The notes: a model not told the origin generated them from the letters alone. Counted from the first letter of the stretch, positions 52,929 to 62,654 are shown. The stretch is DNA of 64,000 bases from Alphaproteobacteria bacterium (GCA_965232515.1 CBDDPY010000002.1:1600001-1664000); one strand, 5' to 3'. Numbers and translations are program-made.

Positions 52929-54146
52929 CTACCCGTCGTCGAGCGACAGCGCCCGCAGCTCGGCCAGCAGATCCGGATGGCGGTAGCCGAGGTCCTCGCG
53001 CTCGCCCGGATCCCGGTCGAGATCGCAGAGGAACTCGAAGCCGCCGTCCCAGAGATACTTCCAATTGCCGCGCCGGACCGCGCGCTGGGCCCGGGCGCGC
53101 CAGTTGTCGCTTTCCGACGGCAGATCGATGCGCCAGCGCAGCGGGCGCGCCGCCGCGTTGGCGATGCCGGGATCGAGCAGGTCGATGCCGTCCAGATCCC
53201 TGTCCGGCGCGATGCCGGCCGCCGCCAGCATGGTCGCGGCGATATCCATCAGAATTCCGGGCCTGGACGCGACTTCGCCCGCCGCCACTTGGGCCGGCCA
53301 GCGCAGGATCATCGGCACCCGGATGCCGCCCTCCCACAGCGTGCCGAAGCCGTGAAAGAACGGGCCCTTGGTCGCCAGCTCAGCGCCACCATGGTCATAG
53401 GTCAGCAACAGCAGTGTGTCTTCGAGCAGACCCTGCCGCTCGAGCGCCGCAACGATGCGGCCGACGCTGGCGTCGAGATGCTCGACGGCGGCCACATAGT
53501 CCGCGCGGCTGCCGTTGATCCAAGTGTCGAGCCGGGCCGTGTCCCGCTCGCGTCCCGGCGGGTCGTAGGGTGGCAGCGCCGCGTTGTAGGCGACATATAG
53601 AAAGAACGGCGCGCCGCCGGTCCGGTCGATGAAGCCGACGGCCTCGTCCGTGAACAGGTCGGTCGTGTAGCCCGGACAGTCGACCGGCTCGGTGTTGCGG
53701 TAGAGCCCGTCGAGGCCCTCGCGGGTCCGGTGCGAGTAGTAGTCGATGTTCCAGTCGTGAAAGCCGAGGAAGTCATCGAAGCCGTGCGCGTTCGGCCCAT
53801 CGGCCGGCGTGTAGCCGAGGTGCCATTTGCCATAGAGCGCCGTATGGAAGCCGGCGTCCTTGAAATAGCGCGCGAGCGTCTTCTCCGCGATCGGCAGCCC
53901 CGCCTCACCGCGATGGATGTTGCGCTCGATGCCGAGACGGCGCGGCGAGCGGCCGGTCAACATCGCCGCGCGGCTGGGCACGCAGATCGGCGCGGCACCG
54001 TAGAAATCGGTGTAGCGCCGGCCCTGCTCCGCCAGCCGCCGGATCTGGGGCGTGCGGATTTCCGATTGGCCGAACGGCTCGATATCGCCGTAACCCATGT
54101 AGTCGAACACGATCAGCACGATGTGCCGCGCGCGGGAACCGCTCAT
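52929..54146 (-). CDS. Cys-type sulfatase (arylsulfatase-like)
   Basis: CVPSRAAMLTG formylglycine motif, GKWHLG, DHG and EGGIRVP. Confidence 0.9.
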   Translation of the reverse strand: MSGSRARHIVLIVFDYMGYGDIEPFGQSEIRTPQIRRLAEQGRRYTDFYGAAPICVPSRAAMLTGRSPRRLGIERNIHRGEAGLPIAEKTLARYFKDAGFHTALYGKWHLGYTPADGPNAHGFDDFLGFHDWNIDYYSHRTREGLDGLYRNTEPVDCPGYTTDLFTDEAVGFIDRTGGAPFFLYVAYNAALPPYDPPGRERDTARLDTWINGSRADYVAAVEHLDASVGRIVAALERQGLLEDTLLLLTYDHGGAELATKGPFFHGFGTLWEGGIRVPMILRWPAQVAAGEVASRPGILMDIAATMLAAAGIAPDRDLDGIDLLDPGIANAAARPLRWRIDLPSESDNWRARAQRAVRRGNWKYLWDGGFEFLCDLDRDPGEREDLGYRHPDLLAELRALSLDDG

Positions 54147-54261
54147 GTCATGCACTCAATGAATGTTCGCAGCCGGTCGTCGGATCGTAGTCCATGAACG
54201 AACGGCATCAAACCGGCCCTCACACAGACCGGCTGGCGACACCGGAGAATTTTATGCACAG

Positions 54262-54307
54262 GAACAAAACAAGATCATTGACACACAAGAACAAACCATG
54301 AATTAAT
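54262..54307 (+). promoter_or_regulatory. Promoter flanked by two alphaproteobacterial LexA-like boxes
   Basis: GAAC-N7-GATC (54262-76), TTGACA (54278-83), GAAC-N7-GAAT (54289-303), ATTAAT (54302-07); alpha consensus is GAAC-N7-GAAC. Confidence 0.65.
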
Positions 54308-54313
54308 AGTTCT

Positions 54314-54393
54314 CGAAAAGCCCGGCGCACGGTCGGCGTTGCGGCGGTGGCGAGACCCCGCCCCGGCAGCCGAACCCCACGAACCGGGCTTTT
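54314..54393 (+). ncRNA. Candidate ~80-nt structured small RNA
   Basis: AAAAGCCCGG (54316) pairs with CCGGGCTTTT (54384-93), enclosing nested stems; begins just after the promoter; no credible plus-strand CDS follows. Confidence 0.4.
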
Positions 54394-54447
54394 GATTTCC
54401 AGAACCGGACGAGGCCGATGCCGAAGACGCCAGCACGACCGTCCGGT

Positions 54448-54867
54448 TCAGTCGTCCGGCAGGGGCCGTGGGTTGCCGTCGTCGTCGATGGCGACGTAGA
54501 CGAAAGTGCCCTCGGTGACCTTGATCTCGTCGGCGGCGTCGCGGCGGTTGACGATCGTCTCGATCTGCACGGTCACCGACGTCCGGCCTGTTTTGACGAC
54601 GTGCGCATAGAGGCTGACCAGATCGCCGATATGGATCGGCCGGTGGAAGGTCATGGCTTCGACCGCGACCGTCGCGAGACGGCCCCTGGTGGCCCGGCCG
54701 GCGGCGACGGCGCCGGCGATGTCCATCTGGCTCAGGACCCAACCGCCGAAGATATCGCCGTTGGCGTTTGCGTCGGCGGGCATGGGCACCGTGCGCACGA
54801 CGGGTTCGCCGCGCGCGGCGGATTCGCCCCGGGCCGGGGCTTGACGGGATGTGGGAGAATCACGCAT
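54448..54867 (-). CDS. Acyl-CoA thioesterase (YciA-like)
   Basis: MPADANANGDIFGGWVLSQMD and T.G.F.YVAID..G.PR. Confidence 0.92.
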   Translation of the reverse strand: MRDSPTSRQAPARGESAARGEPVVRTVPMPADANANGDIFGGWVLSQMDIAGAVAAGRATRGRLATVAVEAMTFHRPIHIGDLVSLYAHVVKTGRTSVTVQIETIVNRRDAADEIKVTEGTFVYVAIDDDGNPRPLPDD

Positions 54868-55009
54868 GTCGGTATCGGCCCCTTGAATGCCCGGTTTCTA
54901 CCAGATTTTGAGGTTTTGCTAACGCTTAACACTTTATTATGCGATGACAATGGTTAACCTCGCGCCCCATGTCATACATCTCGCGTAAACTTGTCCGACC
55001 CGGTACGAC

Positions 55010-56998
55010 ATGAACGACAAACCCGTGAATGATCTGTTCGAGACCCCGCCCGCCGGCCGCGGCGGCTATTCCGCCAAGGACATCGAGGTCCTGGAGGGCC
55101 TGGAGCCCGTACGCCGCCGGCCCGGCATGTATATCGGCGGCACCGACGAGCGGGCGCTGCACCATCTGGCCGCCGAGGTGCTGGACAACGCCATGGACGA
55201 GGCCGTCGCCGGCCATGCCAGCCGCATCGAGATCGAGCTCGGCGCCGACGGCGCGCTGTCGGTGTCGGACAACGGCCGCGGCATCCCGGTCGATCCGCAT
55301 CCCAAATTCAAGAACAAGTCGGCGCTGGAAGTGATCCTGACGACGCTGCATTCCGGCGGCAAGTTTTCGGGCGACGCCTACCGGACGGCGGGCGGCCTGC
55401 ACGGCGTTGGCGTCTCGGTGGTCAATGCGCTCGCCGAACGGCTGACCGTCGAGGTGGCGCGCGACCGTAAGGTCTGGACCCAGAGCTACAAGCGCGGCAA
55501 GCCCACGGCCAAGCTGAAGCAGGCCGGCGGGGCGCCGAACCGCCGCGGCACCAAGGTGATCTTCCTGCCCGATCCCGAGATCTTCGGGGCGTCGGCGCAT
55601 TTCCGCCCGGCCCGCCTCTACACCATGGCGCGGTCCAAGGCCTATCTGTTCCGCGGCGTCGAGATCCGCTGGAAGTGCGCCAAAGAGCGCATCCCGGCGA
55701 AGGACGAAACGCCGACGGAAGGCGTGCTGCATTTCCCCGACGGGCTGCAGGATTTCCTGGCACACAGCCTGAACGGCGCCGAGACGGTGACGCCGAAGCC
55801 GTTCGCGGGCCGGGCCAAGCTGAACGGCGAGGACGCGGCCGGCGAGGTCGAATGGGCGATCCACTGGCCGGTCGCCAGCGACGGCTGGGTCCGGTCCTAC
55901 TGCAACACGGTGTCGACGCCCGAAGGCGGCACGCACGAAGCGGGGTTGCGCGCGGCGCTGACCAAGGCGCTGAAGGCCTATGGCGAGCTGACCAACAACC
56001 GCAAGGCCGGCCAGATCGCCGCCGACGACGTGCTGGGCCCGGCGGCGGCGCTGCTGTCGCTGTTCCTGCCGGAACCCCAGTTTAGCGGCCAGACCAAGGA
56101 GAAGCTGTCGAACCCGGAAGCGACGCGGCTGGTCGAGAACGTCATCCGCGACCATTTCGACCACTGGCTGTCGGGCGATCCGGTCAGCGCCAACAAGCTG
56201 TTGGCCTGGGCCGTGGAGCGCGCCGACGAGCGCCTGCGCCGCCGTCAGGAGCGCGAAGTCAACCGCAAGACCGCGGCGCGCAAGCTGCGACTGCCAGGCA
56301 AGCTCGCCGACTGCTCGCGCAGCGCCGCCGACGGCACCGAGATCTTCATCGTCGAGGGCGATTCCGCCGGCGGCTCGGCCAAGCAGGCCCGCGAGCGCAA
56401 AACCCAGGCCGTGCTGCCGCTCAGGGGCAAGATCCTGAACGTCGCCAGCGCCGGCAGCGCCAAGCTCGCCGGCAACCAGGAACTCTCGGACCTGATGCAG
56501 GCGCTGGGTTGTGGCACCGGCACCAAATACCGCGACGACGATCTGCGCTACGATAAGGTCATCATCATGACGGATGCCGATGTCGACGGCGCGCATATCG
56601 CCTCGCTGCTGATGACCTTCTTCTATCGCGAGATGCCGGAGTTGATCCGCAACGGCCATCTGTTCCTGGCGCTGCCGCCGCTCTACCGCCTGACCCAGGG
56701 CAGCAAGACGGTCTATGCCCGCGACGACGCGCATAAGGAAAAACTGCTGGAAACCGAGTTCAAGGGCCGCGGCAAGGTCGATGTCGGCCGCTTCAAGGGC
56801 CTGGGCGAGATGCTGCCGGCGCAGCTGCGTGACACCACCATGAAACCGGCGAACCGGACGCTGCTGAAGGTGGTGATCCCGGAAGACGAGACCCGCGACA
56901 CCGACAGCCTGGTCGAGCAGCTGATGGGTCGTAAGCCAGAGCTGCGCTTTCAGTACATTCAGGAACACGCCCGCTTCGTCGAAGACATCGACGTCTGA
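55010..56998 (+). CDS. parE: DNA topoisomerase IV subunit B
   Basis: VLEGLEPVRRRPGMYIGG, EVLDNAMDE, GGLHGVG.SVVNAL, VEGDSAGGSAKQAR, MTDADVDG and RFKGLGEM; 662 aa without the GyrB insertion. Confidence 0.95.
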   Translation: MNDKPVNDLFETPPAGRGGYSAKDIEVLEGLEPVRRRPGMYIGGTDERALHHLAAEVLDNAMDEAVAGHASRIEIELGADGALSVSDNGRGIPVDPHPKFKNKSALEVILTTLHSGGKFSGDAYRTAGGLHGVGVSVVNALAERLTVEVARDRKVWTQSYKRGKPTAKLKQAGGAPNRRGTKVIFLPDPEIFGASAHFRPARLYTMARSKAYLFRGVEIRWKCAKERIPAKDETPTEGVLHFPDGLQDFLAHSLNGAETVTPKPFAGRAKLNGEDAAGEVEWAIHWPVASDGWVRSYCNTVSTPEGGTHEAGLRAALTKALKAYGELTNNRKAGQIAADDVLGPAAALLSLFLPEPQFSGQTKEKLSNPEATRLVENVIRDHFDHWLSGDPVSANKLLAWAVERADERLRRRQEREVNRKTAARKLRLPGKLADCSRSAADGTEIFIVEGDSAGGSAKQARERKTQAVLPLRGKILNVASAGSAKLAGNQELSDLMQALGCGTGTKYRDDDLRYDKVIIMTDADVDGAHIASLLMTFFYREMPELIRNGHLFLALPPLYRLTQGSKTVYARDDAHKEKLLETEFKGRGKVDVGRFKGLGEMLPAQLRDTTMKPANRTLLKVVIPEDETRDTDSLVEQLMGRKPELRFQYIQEHARFVEDIDV

Positions 56999-57013
56999 GA
57001 CCACGGCCGGACG

Positions 57014-57763
57014 GTGGCGCCGGAACTGCTCGCCGTCGTCTTCGCCGCGTTCTTCTTTGCCGCTTTCGTCAAGGGCACGACCGGGCTCGGCTTCTCCACC
57101 GCCTGCCTGCCGATCCTGGCCATGACCATCGGCCTGAAGGCGACGCTGCCGCTGCTGATCATCCCCTCGCTCGCGAGCAATGTCGTGGTGATGCGGGATG
57201 CCGGGCATTTCAGGGAGACCGTGCGGCGGTTCTGGCCGCTGTTCCTCGGCGCGGTGCCGGGCCTTATCGTCGGTCTCTGGCTGTTGACCTGGGTCGACCA
57301 GGCCCATGCCGGCGCCGTGCTGGGACTGGTGCTGATCGGCTATGGCGCCTTCACGCTCGCCAACCCGCATCTGCGGCTGCCGCAACGGCTCGCCCGTCCA
57401 CTTGCCGTGCCGACCGGTCTCTTGACCGGCACGGTGAACGGGCTCACCGGCTCCCAGGTGATGCCGGTGCTGCCCTATCTGCTCTCGCTGCGACTCGACC
57501 AGAACCGGTTCGTGCAGGCGATCAACTGCTCGTTCACCTTCTCCAGCCTGATCATGGCGGTCGGCCTGTCGCGCATCGGTTTGATGACCGTCGATACGGC
57601 CATCGTCTCGGCCTTCGGCCTGATCGCCGTCGTAATCGGCGTCAAACTGGGCGGCCGCCTGCGCCGCCGCCTCTCGGCCGAGCAGTTCCGCCGCACCGTG
57701 CTCTGGCTGTTGATGGCGCTTGGCGCCCTGCTCGCCATCAAACCGGTCCTGTTCGCAAGCTAG
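57014..57763 (+). CDS. Sulfite exporter TauE/SafE family protein
   Basis: VKG..G.GF and G.VNGLTG motifs; about 8 TM segments. Confidence 0.88.
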   Translation: MAPELLAVVFAAFFFAAFVKGTTGLGFSTACLPILAMTIGLKATLPLLIIPSLASNVVVMRDAGHFRETVRRFWPLFLGAVPGLIVGLWLLTWVDQAHAGAVLGLVLIGYGAFTLANPHLRLPQRLARPLAVPTGLLTGTVNGLTGSQVMPVLPYLLSLRLDQNRFVQAINCSFTFSSLIMAVGLSRIGLMTVDTAIVSAFGLIAVVIGVKLGGRLRRRLSAEQFRRTVLWLLMALGALLAIKPVLFAS

Positions 57764-57838
57764 CCGCTCGAGACAACTTGCAGTCGGCCGGGACGCTGCT
57801 AGGCTGATCGTCGAAGCAACGGCATGGCGGAGGGTCGG

Positions 57839-58717
57839 ATGCCACGGGACTACGATCGGTCGGCCGAGGACATCGGCAACATTGTCGGGCTGGAACACGT
57901 CAACGTTCGCGTGCCGGATCAAGGGCTTGCGACGTTGTTTTACGTCAGTGCATTGGGGTTGACGCGCGATCCTTATCTGGTGACCGGCGTGATCAACATG
58001 TGGATCAATGTCGGCCGCAGCCAGTTCCATCTGCCAACCGGCGAGGCGCAGCGGCTGCGCGGCCGGACCGGACTGGTGCTGCCGGATCTCGACGCGCTGG
58101 AACAACGCCTCGCCGCCGTGCGCGACCCGCTGTCGGACACCGACTTCGGCTATGAAACCGGCAATGACCGGATCGACGCCACCTGCCCCTGGGGCAACCG
58201 CATCCGCTGTCATGCGCCGGACGCCCGGTTCGGACCGATCACGCTCGGCATGGCCTATGTCGAACTGGATGTACCGGTCGGCGCGGCAGGCGGGATTGCG
58301 CGGTTCTACAACCAGCTCCTCAACGCGCCGGTCAAGCTGGGCGAGGTCGACGGCGCCGCGGCGGCCTTCGTTACGGCCGGGCACAAGCAGTCGCTGGTCT
58401 TTCGCGAGACGGATGCGGCGCAGCCGGCCTATGACGGCCATCATCTGCAGATCTACGTGGCCGATTTCTCGGGTCCGCACGAAAAGCTCAACGAACGCGG
58501 CCTGGTCAGCGAAGAAAGCAACCAGCATCAGTACCGTTTCCAGAACATCGTCGACCCGGACAACGGCGACCTGCTGTTCGAGCTGGAGCACGAGGTGCGG
58601 TCGATGACGCATCCGCTTTACGCCCGGCCGCTTGTGAACCGCAATCCCGCGCAAACCAACAACGCCTTCGCGCCCGGTCACGAGGTGTTACCCTGGGCGA
58701 TGCCGTTTGCAGGTTGA
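57839..58717 (+). CDS. VOC/glyoxalase superfamily protein
   Basis: LEHVN, FY...LGL, QFHL, GHHLQIY and LEHEVRS. Confidence 0.8.
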   Translation: MPRDYDRSAEDIGNIVGLEHVNVRVPDQGLATLFYVSALGLTRDPYLVTGVINMWINVGRSQFHLPTGEAQRLRGRTGLVLPDLDALEQRLAAVRDPLSDTDFGYETGNDRIDATCPWGNRIRCHAPDARFGPITLGMAYVELDVPVGAAGGIARFYNQLLNAPVKLGEVDGAAAAFVTAGHKQSLVFRETDAAQPAYDGHHLQIYVADFSGPHEKLNERGLVSEESNQHQYRFQNIVDPDNGDLLFELEHEVRSMTHPLYARPLVNRNPAQTNNAFAPGHEVLPWAMPFAG

Positions 58718-58834
58718 GCACACGGCGCATTTGCGAAAATGTGATCCCTAATGATGTGACGATTGACACAGCACATGGGAATTTAGGGGTGCAGAAACGT
58801 ATATATGAGGAGTGGGAACCGGTAACGACATCAG

Positions 58835-59434
58835 GTGATGGATATGAAACCTGCTTCCTCCCTGCTCGGACCCGCCGCGGCGACGCTTACTATCCTGGCG
58901 CTCGCGGCCTGCAACAGCAGTTCGGCCACCCGTCTCAGCTACGTTGACACCAATCCCGGCTACAGCCGGTCGATCGTGCAATACGCCTCGTCCGGCGCGG
59001 CCATGCCGCTGGAAGTGCGCGGCGCCACGCCGGGCATTCCAGCGCAGGCGGTCGCGGCCGGCATGCGCCTGCCCGGCTGGTTCGAGCCGAAGCCGTTCGC
59101 GCTGGGGCCGGTCGAGGGCGCACCCAGCGGCAATTACCGGGTGGTCATGGTGATCAACCCGGACCGCCCCGTCGGCGCCAAGCGTGTGTGCGGCGATGCC
59201 GGCAGCATCGGCACCGCGCCCGGCCCGGAGTTGAAGCTCCAGGCCGCATTCTGCGCCGGCGACGAGGCCTTGAGCCAGGCGACGGCCTTCGCGCCGAACA
59301 CCCAGGCCGGCACGGCCGAATTCCAGGACGCGTTGAACCAGATGTCGCTGGCGTTGTTCCCGCCGCGCAATCCCATTTTCGACGATGACCGGCGGCCCAA
59401 CCGGCTGCGGTTTGGAGGATTTATCAATGGCTAA
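58835..59434 (+). CDS. Hypothetical lipoprotein (paralog 1)
   Basis: Lipobox LAAC; similar to the downstream gene. Confidence 0.8.
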   Translation: MMDMKPASSLLGPAAATLTILALAACNSSSATRLSYVDTNPGYSRSIVQYASSGAAMPLEVRGATPGIPAQAVAAGMRLPGWFEPKPFALGPVEGAPSGNYRVVMVINPDRPVGAKRVCGDAGSIGTAPGPELKLQAAFCAGDEALSQATAFAPNTQAGTAEFQDALNQMSLALFPPRNPIFDDDRRPNRLRFGGFING

Positions 59435-60020
59435 TCGCAAATCGATGACCCGCACACAGATGTTTACCAGCGTCGCCGCCATCGCGGCATTGGGAATCGC
59501 CGGCTGCGCCGGCGTGCCGCGGGTGACCAATGTCAGCTTCGACTCGTTTTATGACGGCAGCGCCGTGACGCATGCGTCGTCGGGCGGCGCCATGCCGCTT
59601 GTGGTGCACGGCAACCCGTACGGCGTCAGCGACGATCAGGCGACGGCGCAGGTGGCACAGGCCATGCGGCTGCCGTCCTGGTTCTCATCGGCGCCGATGG
59701 CGCCGGTGCCCGAGGCGAACGGTCCGAGCGGCGACTACCGGCTGGTGCTGGTGTTCAATCCGGAACGCGGCGTCGGCAGCCGTCGCATCTGTCGGGACCT
59801 GAACGACGTGCGCACGTCGGGCGCCGACAACTTCCGGGTCTATGCCGTGTTCTGTGCCGGCGACCAATATGTCAGCCAGGCTTACATGACGGTCGGCGGC
59901 CCGACACCGCAACCCGGTACGCCCGCCTTCCGCTCGGTCATGGATCCGCTGATGGATCAGCTGTTCCCCGCCGAGAACCCGGATCGCCGGTTCTTCGAGA
60001 ACGAGATCATCACGGGCTGA
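59427..60020 (+). CDS. Hypothetical lipoprotein (paralog 2)
   Basis: Lipobox IAGC; shares ASSG.AMPL.V.G, MRLP.WF, PSG.YR.V.V.NP, FCAGD...SQA and LFP..NP. Confidence 0.8.
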   Translation: MANRKSMTRTQMFTSVAAIAALGIAGCAGVPRVTNVSFDSFYDGSAVTHASSGGAMPLVVHGNPYGVSDDQATAQVAQAMRLPSWFSSAPMAPVPEANGPSGDYRLVLVFNPERGVGSRRICRDLNDVRTSGADNFRVYAVFCAGDQYVSQAYMTVGGPTPQPGTPAFRSVMDPLMDQLFPAENPDRRFFENEIITG

Positions 60021-60035
60021 GGCGCCGACCCGCCG

Positions 60036-60734
60036 TCACGCCGTCAGCCAGTCCCGTAGGGCGGCGTTGACGGCGGCGGGCTGTTCCATCGTGGCGAGAT
60101 GGCCGCAATCCTCGATCACGACGAGGCGCGAGCCGGCGATGCCGACGTGGATTTCCTCGGCCATGGCGAGCGGCGTGCGGCTGTCCTGACGGCCGACCAG
60201 AACCAGGGTCGGACAGCGGATCTCGGCCAGCATCGGACGGCTGTCCGGTCGACCCATGATTGCCGTCTGCTGACGAAAATAAGCTTCCATGCCAACGCTT
60301 TGCGACATGGCTTTGATGTCGTTCATCAATTCCGTATCGGCCAGCCGGTCGGGATGCACGAATTCCGGCAACAGCCGGTCGGTCATGCCGCGGAAGCTGC
60401 CCTTGCGGGCGAGTTCCAGCATGTCGCGGCGCTGCGCCAGCCGTTCGGGATCGTCCCGTTGCGCCGTGGTGTCGAGCAGGGCCAGACGCTCGACGCGATC
60501 AGGCGCCTGGCGCATGATCTCGAACGCCACATAGCCGCCGAACGAGAGACCGGCGAGCGCGAAGGCCGGCGGCGCGTCGTCCAGGATCGCCGCCGCGATG
60601 TCGCCGATATCGTCATGCCCGAGGTGCTCGTCCGTCACCCTGATCTCGGCGATATCGGCGAGGTTCTGGACCTGAGCCCGCCAGAGGACCTCGGTGCAGA
60701 GCAGTCCCGGCACCAGAATTAAGGAATTCTTCAC
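60036..60734 (-). CDS. Alpha/beta fold hydrolase
   Basis: PGLLC, GLSFGG nucleophile elbow, G.QD..TP and CGHL..ME.P. Confidence 0.92.
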   Translation of the reverse strand: MKNSLILVPGLLCTEVLWRAQVQNLADIAEIRVTDEHLGHDDIGDIAAAILDDAPPAFALAGLSFGGYVAFEIMRQAPDRVERLALLDTTAQRDDPERLAQRRDMLELARKGSFRGMTDRLLPEFVHPDRLADTELMNDIKAMSQSVGMEAYFRQQTAIMGRPDSRPMLAEIRCPTLVLVGRQDSRTPLAMAEEIHVGIAGSRLVVIEDCGHLATMEQPAAVNAALRDWLTA

Positions 60735-60890
60735 GCTTTTCCGCCCCTCTAGAATCGGCCTTCGGCGGTGCAGCATAGTTGACAATGGGCCGCCAGCACA
60801 TTATCTGCCCTGGTAGAACAGAAAGGTAACGTGATCCCGTTCGCCGGCATGGGGCCGGCATTCGTGTTTACCGCGTGAAATTCGCACTGC

Positions 60891-62336
60891 ATGTCATTTG
60901 CCGAACTAGGCTTAAGCGAGCCGATCCTCAAAGCGATTGAGGACGCCGGCTACACCCAACCAACACCGATCCAGCAACAGGCGATTCCGCAGGTTTTGCA
61001 GCGCCGCGACGTTCTCGGCTGTGCCCAGACCGGCACCGGCAAGACCGCCAGCTTCACGCTGCCGATGATCGACATCCTGGCCAAGGGCCGGGCCCGGGCG
61101 CGCATGCCGCGCTCTCTGATCCTGGAGCCGACGCGCGAGCTGGCGGCCCAGGTGGCCGAGAACTTCGAGGTCTACGGCAAGTACAACAAGCTGAGCATGG
61201 CGCTGCTGATCGGCGGCGTCTCGTTCGCCGACCAGGACCGCAAGCTCGACCGCGGCGTCGATGTGCTGATCGCGACGCCGGGCCGCCTGCTCGACCATTT
61301 CGAGCGTGGCAAGCTGTTGCTGCGCGGCGTCGAGGTCCTGGTGATCGACGAAGCCGACCGCATGCTGGACATGGGCTTCATTCCCGACGTCGAGCGCATC
61401 GTCGCGCTGACCAATCCGAACCGGCAGACGCTGTTCCTGTCGGCGACCATGCCGCCGGAGATCCGGCGCCTCGCCGATATGTTCCTGACCGAGCCGGAGG
61501 AGATTACGGTGGCGCCGCCCGCCTCGCCCGCGGCGACGGTGGAACAGTCGCTGACCATCGTGCATCCCGACGACAAGCGCGAGGCGCTGCGCAAGCTGTT
61601 GCGCAGCCAGCCGGTGAAGAACGCGCTGATCTTCTGCAACCGCAAGCGCGACGTCGATATCGTCGACAAGTCACTGCGCAAGCACGGGTTCAACGCTGCC
61701 GCCCTGCACGGCGACATGAGCCAGGGCCATCGCACCGAGACGCTGCAGCGCTTCAAGGACGGCGACCTGCCGTTGCTGGTCTGCTCCGACGTCGCCGCGC
61801 GCGGGCTCGACATCGCCGGCATGAGCCACGTGTTCCTGTTCGACCTGCCGATGCACGCCGAGGACTATGTGCACCGGATCGGCCGCACCGGCCGCGCCGG
61901 GATGAAGGGCCGCGCCTTCGCGCTGGGCACACCGGAGGACGGCAAGTTCCTGGGCGCGATCGAGAAGCTGATCGGACGCGACATTCCCCGCTTCGAGATC
62001 GAGGGCGTCGAGTCGATGGAGATCGACCCGTCGTTCAGAAAACGCGGCCGCGGGGGACGATCCGCCCGCGGCGACGGCGGGCGTCGCAGCGAACGCGGGC
62101 GCCGCGGAGAGCGGCCGGCGAAAGCCAACGGCGGTGCCGAACGGCCGCGCGCGCCGATCCGTCCGGACCAGCCCGAAGAGATAACGGCCCAGCCACCGGC
62201 GCGCCGCCAGCCGCCCGCGGACAAGCCCGCCCGCGCCAAGCGGCGCAAGGACGGCGACCGCCGCGACGATAAACCGGTTGTCGGCCTGGGCGATCACGTG
62301 CCAGCCTTCCTCTTGCGACCGGTCCGCCGGCCGTAG
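60891..62336 (+). CDS. DEAD-box ATP-dependent RNA helicase (RhlE-like)
   Basis: Q motif, AQTGTGKT, PTRELA, DEAD, SAT and HRIGRTGRAG; basic C-terminal tail. Confidence 0.96.
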   Translation: MSFAELGLSEPILKAIEDAGYTQPTPIQQQAIPQVLQRRDVLGCAQTGTGKTASFTLPMIDILAKGRARARMPRSLILEPTRELAAQVAENFEVYGKYNKLSMALLIGGVSFADQDRKLDRGVDVLIATPGRLLDHFERGKLLLRGVEVLVIDEADRMLDMGFIPDVERIVALTNPNRQTLFLSATMPPEIRRLADMFLTEPEEITVAPPASPAATVEQSLTIVHPDDKREALRKLLRSQPVKNALIFCNRKRDVDIVDKSLRKHGFNAAALHGDMSQGHRTETLQRFKDGDLPLLVCSDVAARGLDIAGMSHVFLFDLPMHAEDYVHRIGRTGRAGMKGRAFALGTPEDGKFLGAIEKLIGRDIPRFEIEGVESMEIDPSFRKRGRGGRSARGDGGRRSERGRRGERPAKANGGAERPRAPIRPDQPEEITAQPPARRQPPADKPARAKRRKDGDRRDDKPVVGLGDHVPAFLLRPVRRP

Positions 62337-62394
62337 ATGGTTTTCGGGATCGGTCCCGCCGGTCCCGCTCCAAAATTCACGAGGGGTAGGCGCG

Positions 62395-62637
62395 ATGCAA
62401 ACGATCTTCGCCATGGTGAAGTGCGAGCTGGGCAAGACCTACGATGTCGCCAGCGACGCGGTCGAGAATGTCGAGCACGTCTCCGAGGTTTATTCGATCT
62501 CAGGCCAGTACGACCTGATGATGAAGTGCTACCTCGACGACGACATGGACATCGGCCGCTTCATCAACGAGAAGATCCAGCTGATTCCCGGGGTGAAGGA
62601 CACCTTCACCATCATCACCTTCAAGTCGTTCGCCTGA
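62395..62637 (+). CDS. Stand-alone Lrp/AsnC ligand-binding domain protein
   Basis: SEVYSISGQYDL..K and IPGV.DT.T; no HTH. Confidence 0.85.
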   Translation: MQTIFAMVKCELGKTYDVASDAVENVEHVSEVYSISGQYDLMMKCYLDDDMDIGRFINEKIQLIPGVKDTFTIITFKSFA

Positions 62638-62654
62638 GCAGTGGGGGCCGCAAG

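Noticed and set aside
54418-54957. 179-aa plus-strand ORF as the LexA-controlled gene
   Set aside because: Almost fully antisense to the conserved thioesterase gene; no recognisable motifs
55010-56998. gyrB
   Set aside because: Length and motifs (EVLDNAMDE, no ~170-aa proteobacterial GyrB insertion) fit ParE
54926-58681. 1251-aa minus-strand ORF
   Set aside because: Antisense shadow of parE, the TauE gene and the VOC gene
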